A stretch of 61,904 bases of DNA, taken from the IMG/VR virus record IMGVR_UViG_3300042556_002563, positions 1 to 61,904 of that record; one strand, written 5' to 3'. The stretch comes from a virus. Its lineage: Duplodnaviria > Caudoviricetes. The position numbers and the translations under genes are program-made. Positions 1 to 10,403 of the stretch are shown one piece after another (the stretch's first letter is position 1; the number at the start of each line of letters is the position of its first letter). The notes under the pieces were generated by a model. It was not told where the DNA came from and ran no database searches. It saw only the letters and a program-made list of their open reading frames with translations.

Positions 1-101
1 CCGTCAATGTAGACAACGCACGGCATCACATTGTGAATGTCGTAACCGCGCTCTTCACAGCGCTCGACAAGGTGGGAAAACAAACAACGTACAATACTCA
101 T
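1..101 (-). CDS. Partial (runs off window edge) small Cys-containing phage protein, MSIVRCLFSHLVERCEERGYDIHNVMPCVVYIDG...
   Basis: ATG at 99-101 overlaps the TGA of the Cys-rich gene (ATGA coupling); frame is open to the edge; not in the ORF track. Confidence 0.6.
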   Translation of the reverse strand, partial: MSIVRCLFSHLVERCEERGYDIHNVMPCVVYID

Positions 102-3100
102 GGTAGTGGATTTGCCGTAAATGGCTGTGGGCAGCCGGTCATATTGTCATCGAACACTCTGCCGTCCGCGAGATTACCGCCGGGAAGTGCGCACGCCTTT
201 TGCCACGGATGCGTGATGTTGTCGTCAAGGCCGTAAGATCGTGTTACAGAAACAAGCCGGCAGCACTTTGCGGGAATCAAAAATCCGTTATTTCCGATTG
301 TATCTTGCAGTCCCGCGCCGTCATCAGCCCAGTCGACCGACTCTTTAGCGAAAGATATTGAATTGAACGCGTCCTGTATTGTAGTTTGAATGTTTTGGCC
401 GCTGGTCGGCGGCGGTACTATTGTTTGCGGACATGTGCAAATATCAGTTCGTGCTTGCGAGTACCACTGATAAATGTATCGCGCGCTGCCGGCTTCCGCG
501 TAGCCGCATGTCTCCGCCATTGGCGGAACTGCAACGCCGTTGCGCTGATCCGCTAGGATATCGTCAAGATGGCGACAACGCAGAAACGCCGAACATTTGT
601 TTTGTGGCCCGCAAAAGCTGTAGCGGCCGCCATATTTCCACCCGGTGCCAAACCCAAGCGGCGTTAAATCAACGTTCGGCTGCCCATCAAAATCACAGGG
701 GAAATTAATCGCAGCGCAGTCGCACGTCTCGATAATTAGGACTTCCGTACGACAACGCGTTTCAAATCTTTTCGATTCCTCATAGATACACGCGGGCACC
801 GGCAGCATGGTCATAATTTTGTCGGAAATGTCTACGAGTTTTTTTCCGCGACAAACATAAAAAGACACACGCGAATGCCCTGAAAATTTATAGGTGTCGT
901 AGCCAACTGGCGCTTCTTCCGCGCTGTTCGCCCAGTTGTACGCGCCAGAGCGGTGCGTTCTGAATACATAGATATTTTCGTTTTGAATTAGGTCTGGATA
1001 GCACTCGTTCCAGCTAAACGTCGGTACTTTTCTGGCAGGATCTGGCGCACACGGAGTTTCGTACGTCGGAGTATAATCCCAGCGATTGACGCTGCCGTTG
1101 CCCGGGCCAATGCCACTGTTAGGAATGTTAAATAAAAATTCCCCGCCCGGAAATGACAAATTGCCGGGCCCGCCGATTGCAGCGAGCCGCGAGAAACACC
1201 GGTCCTGCAAGACCGATTGGCCGGACGGCGGCTGGTTGTAATAGATCGAATAGGTGTTGTTTATCAAGTTTGCGGCTTCATTGGGCGAGCCGCACTGACA
1301 CGGCGCAAATACGTCGTCGTCACAGCACGGGACAAATACTTTTGGATTGTCTTGCGGACAATTGGGTGTTTCCGCGCAGTTTTCATTGCCAGCGCCGCAA
1401 CAGGCGACGCGCATACTGCACTCTGGCACAGCGCCGGGAGCAATTGAGTGCGCGCCAGTGTTTGGATCAACTACAGCGTCGTAGCACAGCCCCTCGCACT
1501 TCGTGCAGGGATCGCTCACGTCGACAGTCGCGCAGCCAAAAACACCGGGACACACTTCTTTGCAGCATTTTTTAGCCCGGCAGATAACAGTGGCGCACGT
1601 GTCCCACGGTTTCCACTCCAGCGTCTCGTTTGCGGCTAAAGTCGCCAGCGCAACAAGATACTGCGCATATGTACTGATTCCGGGCTGGCAAACGCTCGCC
1701 ACGATAGTTGTGCCATCAGTCCCGAGCGTGGTCTTACAGGCGACGCCGCATTTGATCGCGTTTTCGGGACATGTCGGCGCCCACCGTTTGCCGGGGCTGC
1801 ATTCATTTTGGCATACGTTAATTCCGCCCTGTATGCAGCAGGCTGCTTTTGTGGCGCAGGTCGCGGGCTGCGTCAGATCTTCGTTTCCGGCGGCATCGAC
1901 TGTGTAACAGCGCCCGTTACAGGGCTGTAGACATTGTGCCGGGGGTACAACATCAAGACACTTGATTGAGCCGTCGGGGCACGAGCCGCAACAACGCTCT
2001 ACAGTGCAGTCGCGGGCCGTGCCGAACGGAATCCATATGGCCGTATTACCGAGACCGCCGCCCGCGGTATTTAACGCTTCGCACGCTGCGCGGCCAATGT
2101 TTTCTTGTGGCGGGCCGGGCACAGGGCCGGCGCCAATGTTGTTAGTGATGCAGCACACGCCGCACTGCTCTGGATCAATACACGCTTGGGACCATGCGTG
2201 CGTTGACGCTGTGCCGCAGCCATCGCCGCACCGAATGTTGTTCGGTCCGCAGCAATCCGACTTTGTTTTGCACGTTTTTGATTCATACGGTCTGGCAACA
2301 GTGCTGAACTCTGTGCAAATGCCTTTGCAGTTTGTTTGATTTGGCGCTACTGGTTTACAAGCGGCATGCGAGTATATTTGTTCAACGGGCTGGCCGTTTA
2401 TGTTAATTATTTTTTTGCATCTGGCCTCAACGCACGCTTGTTTTGTGTCGCCGCATACCGCACACGTAGCAAACTCGTGCCACACGCCATAATTTGCGGC
2501 CGTGCAATCTGCTCGATTATTTTTCGTGTCGTCACAGCTAAAGCTAATCGCGCCGCCGGGACCAACGTTTCTTTTACAGCAGACTCCGCATAAGTCTGGA
2601 TCTGCGCAATAGTGATCGGGTATGTCCTGCCAATGATATGTCGGTACAGTCGGGCTGGAGTCAGGACAGAAACCCGGCACTGGAATGCACTGTTCGTTTG
2701 ACGGCCCGCAGCAGTCGAATTTTGTCGCGCAAAACGAGTCAGATATTTGATCCCCTGTGGCGTCAATAGCGTAACATTCGTCGCGGCAAAAATCTGGGCA
2801 AACGCCGTTTTGTTTATCTACAGCAATACAGATTGTTTGGCCGGGGCACTCTACATCGTTGCAGCACGCCCGCGGAATACAGACTGCCGAAGCGCACGTT
2901 TCAAACGCTTTCCAGCTGGCGTTTGGGCGCGCAATACACTCTTCGTAGGTTATATTGTCAAGACACTCGGAGCTAACAGCGACGTTGGCGGCGTTTAACG
3001 TAAGCTGACAACACACGCCGCATTTAAATCCGTTTTCAAAACAGCCGCTCCACTCAAATGCTGGGCCCGGGCCCGGCGCCGGACAACCGCGGCACAGCGC

Positions 3101-5011
3101 GCCATCTACGCCACAACAGTCTTGTTTGGTTTTGCACAGTTTTTCGCCGGTCGTTTTATTGGCGCAGCGACCCTTACACGGATCGCATTCCGCTTCGATA
3201 TTTATATCAATACAGCCGACATCTTGCGGACAAGTTTCGCCGCAACATTTTTTTGTCCGACAATTAAACCCCTCACACGACAGCGCGAAAGCGTGCCAGT
3301 CATAAACAGCTCTAAACGTCGGGCTAAGAAAATCTGCTTCGGCTTCAGTTAAAACGCACGTTTGCCGCGTAACGTTGTTGTCAAAACATTGATGCGAAAA
3401 GTAAGACTCGGATCCGTTCGTTTGATTTATGCTGAATAACGTGCGGCAGCAAACGCCACATTCGTACGGATTTGCGCAACCGACTGCCCAGCGATGCGTA
3501 GGCAGAAGCCCGCAACCACTAGTGCAGTTGATGTCGTCCGGGCCGCAGCATGTGAAACGAGTAGCGCAAAATTCATTGCCGGTTGCTATCTCGGTACACG
3601 TGCCGTTACAGACATCGCAATCTTCAGGCGCAACGTTTACGCAAGTTGTGCTTGTGGCGCCGCTGGAACACACAACTTCGCGACAACACGGGACTGACTT
3701 ACAGGCAGCACACGTACCAAATGGCGTCCAAAACCCATATGCGCGATTTACACCGCTGGGTAACGTTATAAAACGCTCGCATACGGCTTTTGTTTCCGTA
3801 GTTCTATCGCAGACGATGTCGAGGTAGTTATTAATCGGGCTGTTTGGCGCGCCGGTTGTATCGTCCCAAATATACCGACAGCATATTCCGCACTTGTCGC
3901 CGTCTGATGCGCAGACGGGTTCCCACCTGTATCTTGCTGTCTGCTCGCCACACTGCGGCGTGCATTTTTCATTACCGTCGCCGCAGCAACCCTGTTTTGT
4001 TTTGCACTCAGAAACAGGGCAGAGCGTGGTGCTGGTTTCGCGCTTGACGTCGGTACAGCGGCCAAGACATGGGTCGCACGTTCTTTCCGAAGTAGGCGCG
4101 CACTCAATTTCTTTTTTGTCGCCGTACGTTCTGTTTTGGCAGCACGACGGGTTGCAGATATTTAGATTATCAGTCCCGGGGTGCCAAACACCCACGGGCA
4201 GCGGCGCAGGGTTGGGGAAAAACACTACCGTCAGCGCTTCGCACTCTTCTTTTGTTAAAGCGCGGGTGCCGGTTTTACTTAATGATTGCCGAAATGTCGG
4301 ACTTGCCGGGTCAGAATCATAATTATGAACGCAGCACACTGCACAATTTGTACACGGCATGGAGTCCCATTGGTTCGCCGGCGGAATGTCTGCTCTAGCC
4401 GAACCGGGGCCCGTTGGGTTTTCAACACACGTATAGGCGCAAGTAGTGTTATCTTCGGCGCAGCACTGCGTTTTTGTTGCGCAGATCATCGTCCGATCAT
4501 CAAAAATCTCATTGCCGGCGGCGTCGTACGTTCTGATAACACAGCGGCCTCTGCACTTGTCGTCATCTGTCGGTTGATGCGTCGGATAACACCGCACCTG
4601 TTCGCAGTCTGGTACTTGCTTGCACACGCATTCGTCGCCGCAGCAACACTGCTCGGGTTCCGCGTTCGGTGATCGACTGAGCCGTACTTTATTGTTCGAG
4701 TCGACGTTTCTTACAAGCCGGCCGTTTGACACAACGAGCGCAAGCGGTGGCGGATTGCAGTCGCGGCAGCATTCTTGAATTTCACCATACGGTACGTTTA
4801 CCGCAGCGCCTACGGCTGTGTAATACGTTACCGTACCGGTGCATTCGCCCGCCGTGATTGTTTCATCCTGCCCGCCCTGATTATCACCAATCGGTGTGCA
4901 CGTTCTTGTACCGACAATTGGTCCGCCATGTTCATCGTACCTAAAAACGCAGCACACCTTCGGCTGATCAGGCAGCACGAGCTGGGGCGGAATTTGACTG
5001 CAGCTAACCAT
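98..5011 (-). CDS. Giant cysteine-rich repeat protein (1637 aa), probable virion or surface protein
   Basis: Eight copies of a C-x-T/M-K/R-x-x-CC motif spaced ~135-160 aa apart, most with CGVCC and W-x-x-F-x-x-C motifs; no obvious signal peptide. Confidence 0.8.
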   Translation of the reverse strand: MVSCSQIPPQLVLPDQPKVCCVFRYDEHGGPIVGTRTCTPIGDNQGGQDETITAGECTGTVTYYTAVGAAVNVPYGEIQECCRDCNPPPLALVVSNGRLVRNVDSNNKVRLSRSPNAEPEQCCCGDECVCKQVPDCEQVRCYPTHQPTDDDKCRGRCVIRTYDAAGNEIFDDRTMICATKTQCCAEDNTTCAYTCVENPTGPGSARADIPPANQWDSMPCTNCAVCCVHNYDSDPASPTFRQSLSKTGTRALTKEECEALTVVFFPNPAPLPVGVWHPGTDNLNICNPSCCQNRTYGDKKEIECAPTSERTCDPCLGRCTDVKRETSTTLCPVSECKTKQGCCGDGNEKCTPQCGEQTARYRWEPVCASDGDKCGICCRYIWDDTTGAPNSPINNYLDIVCDRTTETKAVCERFITLPSGVNRAYGFWTPFGTCAACKSVPCCREVVCSSGATSTTCVNVAPEDCDVCNGTCTEIATGNEFCATRFTCCGPDDINCTSGCGLLPTHRWAVGCANPYECGVCCRTLFSINQTNGSESYFSHQCFDNNVTRQTCVLTEAEADFLSPTFRAVYDWHAFALSCEGFNCRTKKCCGETCPQDVGCIDINIEAECDPCKGRCANKTTGEKLCKTKQDCCGVDGALCRGCPAPGPGPAFEWSGCFENGFKCGVCCQLTLNAANVAVSSECLDNITYEECIARPNASWKAFETCASAVCIPRACCNDVECPGQTICIAVDKQNGVCPDFCRDECYAIDATGDQISDSFCATKFDCCGPSNEQCIPVPGFCPDSSPTVPTYHWQDIPDHYCADPDLCGVCCKRNVGPGGAISFSCDDTKNNRADCTAANYGVWHEFATCAVCGDTKQACVEARCKKIININGQPVEQIYSHAACKPVAPNQTNCKGICTEFSTVARPYESKTCKTKSDCCGPNNIRCGDGCGTASTHAWSQACIDPEQCGVCCITNNIGAGPVPGPPQENIGRAACEALNTAGGGLGNTAIWIPFGTARDCTVERCCGSCPDGSIKCLDVVPPAQCLQPCNGRCYTVDAAGNEDLTQPATCATKAACCIQGGINVCQNECSPGKRWAPTCPENAIKCGVACKTTLGTDGTTIVASVCQPGISTYAQYLVALATLAANETLEWKPWDTCATVICRAKKCCKEVCPGVFGCATVDVSDPCTKCEGLCYDAVVDPNTGAHSIAPGAVPECSMRVACCGAGNENCAETPNCPQDNPKVFVPCCDDDVFAPCQCGSPNEAANLINNTYSIYYNQPPSGQSVLQDRCFSRLAAIGGPGNLSFPGGEFLFNIPNSGIGPGNGSVNRWDYTPTYETPCAPDPARKVPTFSWNECYPDLIQNENIYVFRTHRSGAYNWANSAEEAPVGYDTYKFSGHSRVSFYVCRGKKLVDISDKIMTMLPVPACIYEESKRFETRCRTEVLIIETCDCAAINFPCDFDGQPNVDLTPLGFGTGWKYGGRYSFCGPQNKCSAFLRCRHLDDILADQRNGVAVPPMAETCGYAEAGSARYIYQWYSQARTDICTCPQTIVPPPTSGQNIQTTIQDAFNSISFAKESVDWADDGAGLQDTIGNNGFLIPAKCCRLVSVTRSYGLDDNITHPWQKACALPGGNLADGRVFDDNMTGCPQPFTANPLP

Positions 5012-5019
5012 ATCAGCAC

Positions 5020-5412
5020 CTAGAACGGGCGCGGCAGCAGTTCTTGTAGTTTAAACGCGCCAACACCGTCGACAATAATATCAGAATCGCCAGTGCTGAA
5101 TTCTTGCATAAACTGCAGGCACGCGCCACACGGCATAAAGCTTTTTACGGGCATGTCGTGCGCATCAACTACGGCTATTGCTATTTTTACAAGCTGCCGG
5201 CAATTTTCGCTAGCAGCTTTACAAATAGCTACTCTTTCGGCGCAGATAGTTAAGCCAAAAGACGCGTTTTCGACGTTACAGCCTGTATAAATCTCGGCTG
5301 ATTCTGCAAAAAGCGCCGCGGCCCCAACCCGGAATTTAGAGTACGGCGAATAGGCCGCGAGAGCTGCTTTACGCGCTACGTCGACGAGAATGTCAGCGGC
5401 AATGTCGCGCAT
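5020..5412 (-). CDS. cdd: Cytidine deaminase (homotetrameric type)
   Basis: YSPYSKFRVGAA, GCNVENAS, CAE and PCGAC Zn-binding motifs. Confidence 0.95.
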   Translation of the reverse strand: MRDIAADILVDVARKAALAAYSPYSKFRVGAAALFAESAEIYTGCNVENASFGLTICAERVAICKAASENCRQLVKIAIAVVDAHDMPVKSFMPCGACLQFMQEFSTGDSDIIVDGVGAFKLQELLPRPF

Positions 5413-5418
5413 AATACA

Positions 5419-5694
5419 TTACAAATTCTCTGGCGCTCCCAGCGGCATAAAGGCGCCTTCCGGGGCGTTAATATCTTCCCGGAAAACATACCCAATACCA
5501 GCGTAATTTACACGGTAAGGAGTGCCGCCATGCCTGTGCGCACCGTTCTGGGTGTTATAGCTCGTACGACGGCATTTCTGCCCGCGGAACTCGCCGTAGT
5601 GTTGTTCCCAGTCAATGCCGCCTTCGCCCTCGTCCTTGCCGACGATGACTTCTGTGACAATGTTGTTCTCGTCCAAAAATGCGTAGTGCGCCAT
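5419..5694 (-). CDS. Small fibre-associated protein (MAHYAFLDENNIVTEVIV family)
   Basis: Start re-assigned to ATG 5694, just after the upstream stop; paralog of 13139..13501; both follow Gly-rich domain genes. Confidence 0.75.
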   Translation of the reverse strand: MAHYAFLDENNIVTEVIVGKDEGEGGIDWEQHYGEFRGQKCRRTSYNTQNGAHRHGGTPYRVNYAGIGYVFREDINAPEGAFMPLGAPENL

Positions 5695-5696
5695 GG

Positions 5697-6578
5697 TTAG
5701 CTCCAAGTAACGGTGCCGGTGCCTGCGGTGATGGTCAGCACCGCGTCTGTGCCAACTGTGGTGCGCGTGGCAGTCAATCCAGCTGAGAGCTTGGCGACTG
5801 CCTGCGAGGCGTTCCATCGCAGGATGACTATGCCCGAGCCTCCGTTGCCACCTGTGCTGCTCGCCGTGCCGTTGCTCGCGCCGCCACCGCCACCGCCGCC
5901 AGTGCCTGCTGTACCTGCTGTGCCTGCTGTCGCAACAGCGGACGACCCTGCGCCGCCGCCGGTTAGCCCGCCAGAGCCAGCCGTTGACGTGCCGACATAC
6001 GCCCCGCCGCCTCCGCCGCCACCGTAGAAAATAGTCACGCCCGTGATTGCGGACGCTCTGCCGATTCCGCCGTTGCCAGCCACCGACGCTGTGGCGTCTG
6101 AACCAGCGGCACCGGCACCGCCGCCGCCACCGGGAGACGTTGCGTTGTTAACGCCCTGACCTCCGGTGTTGCCTTGGAGCGATATGAGGGATGCCATACG
6201 AGTCAGAAACGCATTACCGGCACCAGAGGCACCTGTGGCCCCGATGCTGCCTCCAGTATTGCTCGCGCTGCCGCCGAGCGCGACGATTGAGCCGAACACA
6301 GATATGACTCCGTTTGTCGATGACGAACCCCCTGCGCCACCAGCACCGATCTGTACAGAATAGTTCGTCCCAAGCGTGACACCGATGTTTTGCTCAACGA
6401 CGCCCCCGCCTCCACCACCGCCGGGGGCGCGGTCATTGCGGAGGCCAGCCGCCCCACCACCACCGGCAATAATCAATGCTTGCACTGCGAGCAACTTCCG
6501 CGCGTCTGCCACGCCGCTAAACGGCCCTTGCACGGGCGTGACAATCTGCCCGCCTAATCCATAGATGCCGGGGTTCAT
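5697..6578 (-). CDS. Glycine-rich domain virion/fibre protein
   Basis: LIIAGGGG...GGGGGGG...YGGGGGGG...GGSGIVIL pattern; same domain as the C-terminus of 13504..16095. Confidence 0.75.
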   Translation of the reverse strand: MNPGIYGLGGQIVTPVQGPFSGVADARKLLAVQALIIAGGGGAAGLRNDRAPGGGGGGGVVEQNIGVTLGTNYSVQIGAGGAGGSSSTNGVISVFGSIVALGGSASNTGGSIGATGASGAGNAFLTRMASLISLQGNTGGQGVNNATSPGGGGGAGAAGSDATASVAGNGGIGRASAITGVTIFYGGGGGGGAYVGTSTAGSGGLTGGGAGSSAVATAGTAGTAGTGGGGGGGASNGTASSTGGNGGSGIVILRWNASQAVAKLSAGLTATRTTVGTDAVLTITAGTGTVTWS

Positions 6579-6961
6579 TACAGGTCAGCCCCCAAGGCAG
6601 TCACATGCGTGGCCTGCGAGACTGACGTTGTGACTCGCACCGACCAAGCGGCAGACGGCAGAATCAGGTTGTTGTAGGTGTTTGATACGCGAGTCTGCTG
6701 CACAGTCGCCGAGCCAGTTGCGGCAGCCACGGTGATCTCATCAAAGTGCCAGTGCGTGCTGCCGTCATAAAGAAAAATACGCACAATAGCCGCAGCACTT
6801 GTTGCGGCGCACTTTACGACGATTTCAGCAATACGTGTGCCAGTAGCGGCGCCAGTGATTAAAGTGCCCGCGCTAGTTGGCGCCGTATAGCTACCGTCAG
6901 CTGTAGCAATAGAAACAGCGCCAATTCTGGGGGTTACTGCAAATTGCGGGGCTGTTGCCAT
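6578..6961 (-). CDS. Small beta-rich virion protein (127 aa)
   Basis: ATG start, coupled to the downstream gene; Ala/Thr-rich beta-strand pattern. Confidence 0.65.
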   Translation of the reverse strand: MATAPQFAVTPRIGAVSIATADGSYTAPTSAGTLITGAATGTRIAEIVVKCAATSAAAIVRIFLYDGSTHWHFDEITVAAATGSATVQQTRVSNTYNNLILPSAAWSVRVTTSVSQATHVTALGADL

Positions 6962-6970
6962 GATTGTTCC

Positions 6971-7261
6971 TTAACGAAAATTGGCCCAGAGATAAAGATT
7001 CATAGCAGCTTGTGCGTTGCCAGATAACCGCGCGTCAGCCACAGTGCCGCTAATGATATCTTCTCCCGCATGAGTATGCGAGCTAGCTGCGGCTCCAATA
7101 TCGCTGGCTGTAAGCGCGTCTACACCGCCAGTAGCGTGCGTCGAGGCGTGCGCCGCTACGCCGCTGGAAAAATCCCACGTTGTACCAGACCATGTATACA
7201 CACGCCCGTTTTGAGTGCTTTGCTGCCCTGTCGTTGGGCTGGACGGGAATGAAAGTGGCAT
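6971..7261 (-). CDS. Short fibre/adaptor protein with MPxSFP..GQ..TxNGR N-terminal module
   Basis: N-terminal module shared with 10216, 10404 and 12240 genes; HASTHATGGxD motif. Confidence 0.7.
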   Translation of the reverse strand: MPLSFPSSPTTGQQSTQNGRVYTWSGTTWDFSSGVAAHASTHATGGVDALTASDIGAAASSHTHAGEDIISGTVADARLSGNAQAAMNLYLWANFR

Positions 7262-7303
7262 AGTTATTTCTCTGTAACTTTAAAACGCATGCAAGTCATA
7301 CCA

Positions 7304-7729
7304 TTAAATTCCAGCCGCTTCAACAAACGCCTGATCGACCTGCGACTCATCTAGGCCGAGCGCGGCCGCAAGCGGCACCAGCATTGGGTGTGACCGCTCC
7401 ACATACGGAGCGTACTCCCACTCCACTCGCGCAGAGTCTCGCTGTAGTTCGTCCGGGATTGCGTCGATAGCAGCATCGACTGCCGCCATCGGCACGCCAT
7501 GACGAATCAGCCAGAGGCGTATCTGGCGTGCTGACACTGTCGCAGGCGTAGGCTCTGGTGGCACGATGTCATCCTCTGGCGTCCGCTCGGTGACGACGAA
7601 TCCTGAAGCAGCGAGGGCTTCTGAATCGTGCGCCCATTGCTCTGGGTTGGTGCGCGTGCTGCCGTCAGGCAGGCGAACACGCCACGGGAGTGGTTCTATG
7701 CGGCCGGTCAAAGTGTTGCGGTAGATCAA
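7304..7729 (-). CDS. Putative tail-fibre assembly chaperone-like protein
   Basis: TTG start; VSARQIRLWL...EWEYA...LGL..QVDQAF C-terminal pattern typical of phage fibre chaperone-like proteins. Confidence 0.55.
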   Translation of the reverse strand: MIYRNTLTGRIEPLPWRVRLPDGSTRTNPEQWAHDSEALAASGFVVTERTPEDDIVPPEPTPATVSARQIRLWLIRHGVPMAAVDAAIDAIPDELQRDSARVEWEYAPYVERSHPMLVPLAAALGLDESQVDQAFVEAAGI

Positions 7730-7732
7730 TCG

Positions 7733-8521
7733 TCACCCCGGAAAAGCGGTTGTTGGTGCTGTAAAGTTTGCGACGTAGCGCGCTGAACCGGAACCTTTTG
7801 TGATGCGCACATCGTCAATGTTTCCATTGACGCTCCACGCCGCGCCATCCTGCGAGGAGCCGCCGATATTCAGCGCACCCTGCGCGTAGTTGGTAGAGTT
7901 GCCGGTGACCGTTGAACCAATCTGAGTGCCATCGACAAATGCCCGAATTGATCCGCCGGACCGCGTGACGGCAAGGTGATACCACACGTTGGCAGACGGT
8001 GCCCACGATGCCGTGAGTTGATTTGACGAGCGATTGCTCAGAACGAGAGTATTGGCAGGTGTGCCAAAAAACGAGCCGGAAGAACCATTGATGTAAAGCG
8101 AGAATCCACCGCTTGCCGCGACATTAATAAACGTATGCTGCACGGTCGGCGCAGATGCAAAACGCACAAACATCTCAACCGTAAAATCGCCGGTGCCCAT
8201 TGACCACGCAGCGTCAGACGCGGCATCAATTCTGTCAGCGTTTCCGTCCAGCAAAAGCGATCCAGAGCCAAATTTTGTCTGTAGCGTGCTTGTCTGAGCG
8301 TTGCCAATGGCCGTAAATGCTTTTGGGGCGCTGCTGCTGTCGTTGAGATTTCCGTCTAGGTGGAGCAGCAAAACCACACTGCTAAAAAGCGAATCCATTC
8401 CGGGCCATGTGCCCGCGCGCCTTGCAGACTCCACTTCGCCCAGTTGCCACACGCCCGGCGCGGCGAGCGTTGTTGGCACAACTCGCTTGCCAATTACTCC
8501 TCCTGTTCTGCTCGCGGGCAT
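7733..8521 (-). CDS. LamG/concanavalin-A-like lectin domain fibre protein
   Basis: VVLLLHLDG, KFGSGSL, DFTVEMF, WYHLAVTR, GNIDDVRITKG motifs; ATG 8521 overlaps the upstream TAA. Confidence 0.85.
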   Translation of the reverse strand: MPASRTGGVIGKRVVPTTLAAPGVWQLGEVESARRAGTWPGMDSLFSSVVLLLHLDGNLNDSSSAPKAFTAIGNAQTSTLQTKFGSGSLLLDGNADRIDAASDAAWSMGTGDFTVEMFVRFASAPTVQHTFINVAASGGFSLYINGSSGSFFGTPANTLVLSNRSSNQLTASWAPSANVWYHLAVTRSGGSIRAFVDGTQIGSTVTGNSTNYAQGALNIGGSSQDGAAWSVNGNIDDVRITKGSGSARYVANFTAPTTAFPG

Positions 8522-8892
8522 TACGCGACCTCCTCGTAGGAGCAGAACACGGTGAGGTCGTTTGCTGCCGATGCCTGCACGGTAATGCGACGGTCCTCCT
8601 CCAGCCACAGCGACGAGTCGCGGCCCAAGACAACGATGGCAGCGCCTGCGGGTACGGTCATGGTGCGGGCGATCTGAAACGCTGTGCCTGCACTGGCTGC
8701 GTTGTAAAGTCGCACAGTTGCGTCAACAGTGTTTGTGCCGTTGACGTTGGACAACAGGAGTGCCGTGAGCCGCAGCGCCCGGTTGCTGCTGGCGGCATTG
8801 GTCAACAGCGCGGTTTCGCTTGTGTTGGCGGGCGTGACATACACCGTCCTGCCGGTGATGCTTGTCGGTGCGGCGAGATTGGGTGCGGCCAT
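8521..8892 (-). CDS. Small beta-rich virion protein (MAAPNL...CSYEEVA)
   Basis: Clean ATG, translationally coupled; beta-sandwich-like pattern. Confidence 0.7.
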   Translation of the reverse strand: MAAPNLAAPTSITGRTVYVTPANTSETALLTNAASSNRALRLTALLLSNVNGTNTVDATVRLYNAASAGTAFQIARTMTVPAGAAIVVLGRDSSLWLEEDRRITVQASAANDLTVFCSYEEVA

Positions 8893-8898
8893 TATTTG

Positions 8899-9753
<855 letters not shown>

Positions 9754-9782
9754 TACAAACTCGAAAAATCAATTGCCAGTGT

Positions 9783-9965
9783 TTACGTTACTTCTCCGCC
9801 GTCAGCAATCGAGTAGTCGAGCAAATTTACAACGGTATTTTCATCCGTTTTTACAAAAACGTTGCCGTCCGTAGTGTTGATTGCAATTTCGCCCACGACA
9901 AGTTGCGCCGGGGTTGGAGCCGCGCCCTGTGTGGTGTTTTTTTTCTGCAAAATGATATTGTACAT
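9783..9965 (-). CDS. Mini fibre-adaptor protein (~60 aa), ends IADGGEVT
   Basis: KK.TT.GAAP...L..GEIA.N..DG motif shared with 9993, 16101 and 16364 genes. Confidence 0.65.
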   Translation of the reverse strand: MYNIILQKKNTTQGAAPTPAQLVVGEIAINTTDGNVFVKTDENTVVNLLDYSIADGGEVT

Positions 9966-9992
9966 GCTCGTTATCATCCGCAAAGTAATAAA

Positions 9993-10211
9993 TTACGGCA
10001 CTACTATTTCGCCACCGTCGGCCACCCGCGGCTGCCGTATTGATATGATAACCTGATTTTCCGTAGCTGTGCCGGCTGTTGGGTCATCCAAACTTTTCAG
10101 AAATACGTCGCCGTCTGCGCCGTTTACAGCAAATTCTCCAAACTGCAGCGCCGTTACCGTAGGCGCTGCGCCAGATGTTTCGTTGCGCCTGTGCACAATT
10201 TGTACAGCCAT
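9993..10211 (-). CDS. Mini fibre-adaptor protein (72 aa), ends VADGGEIVVP
   Basis: Paralog of 9783 and 16101 genes. Confidence 0.7.
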   Translation of the reverse strand: MAVQIVHRRNETSGAAPTVTALQFGEFAVNGADGDVFLKSLDDPTAGTATENQVIISIRQPRVADGGEIVVP

Positions 10212-10215
10212 AATT

Positions 10216-10398
10216 TCACCAGAGTGTTATGCACACACGCTCAATACAACAGCGCATCGCGGCCTGCCCAGCCCGTGCCGCTACCACGCCAGCGGCGACG
10301 AGTTCCCAGACGTTGTTGCCTGCGTAAGCGTACTGCCTGCCGTTTTGCGTGGAGGTCTGGCCGACAGTGAGGTTAATTGTGGGAAAGCTGAATGGCAT
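10216..10398 (-). pseudogene. Truncated/frameshifted fibre gene remnant
   Basis: First ~35 aa match the 12240 gene (MPFSFP...TQNGRxYxYAGNNxWELVAA), then similarity is lost; adding one G restores a GGGSG linker that still stops soon after. Confidence 0.6.
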
Positions 10399-10403
10399 GC
10401 GTG

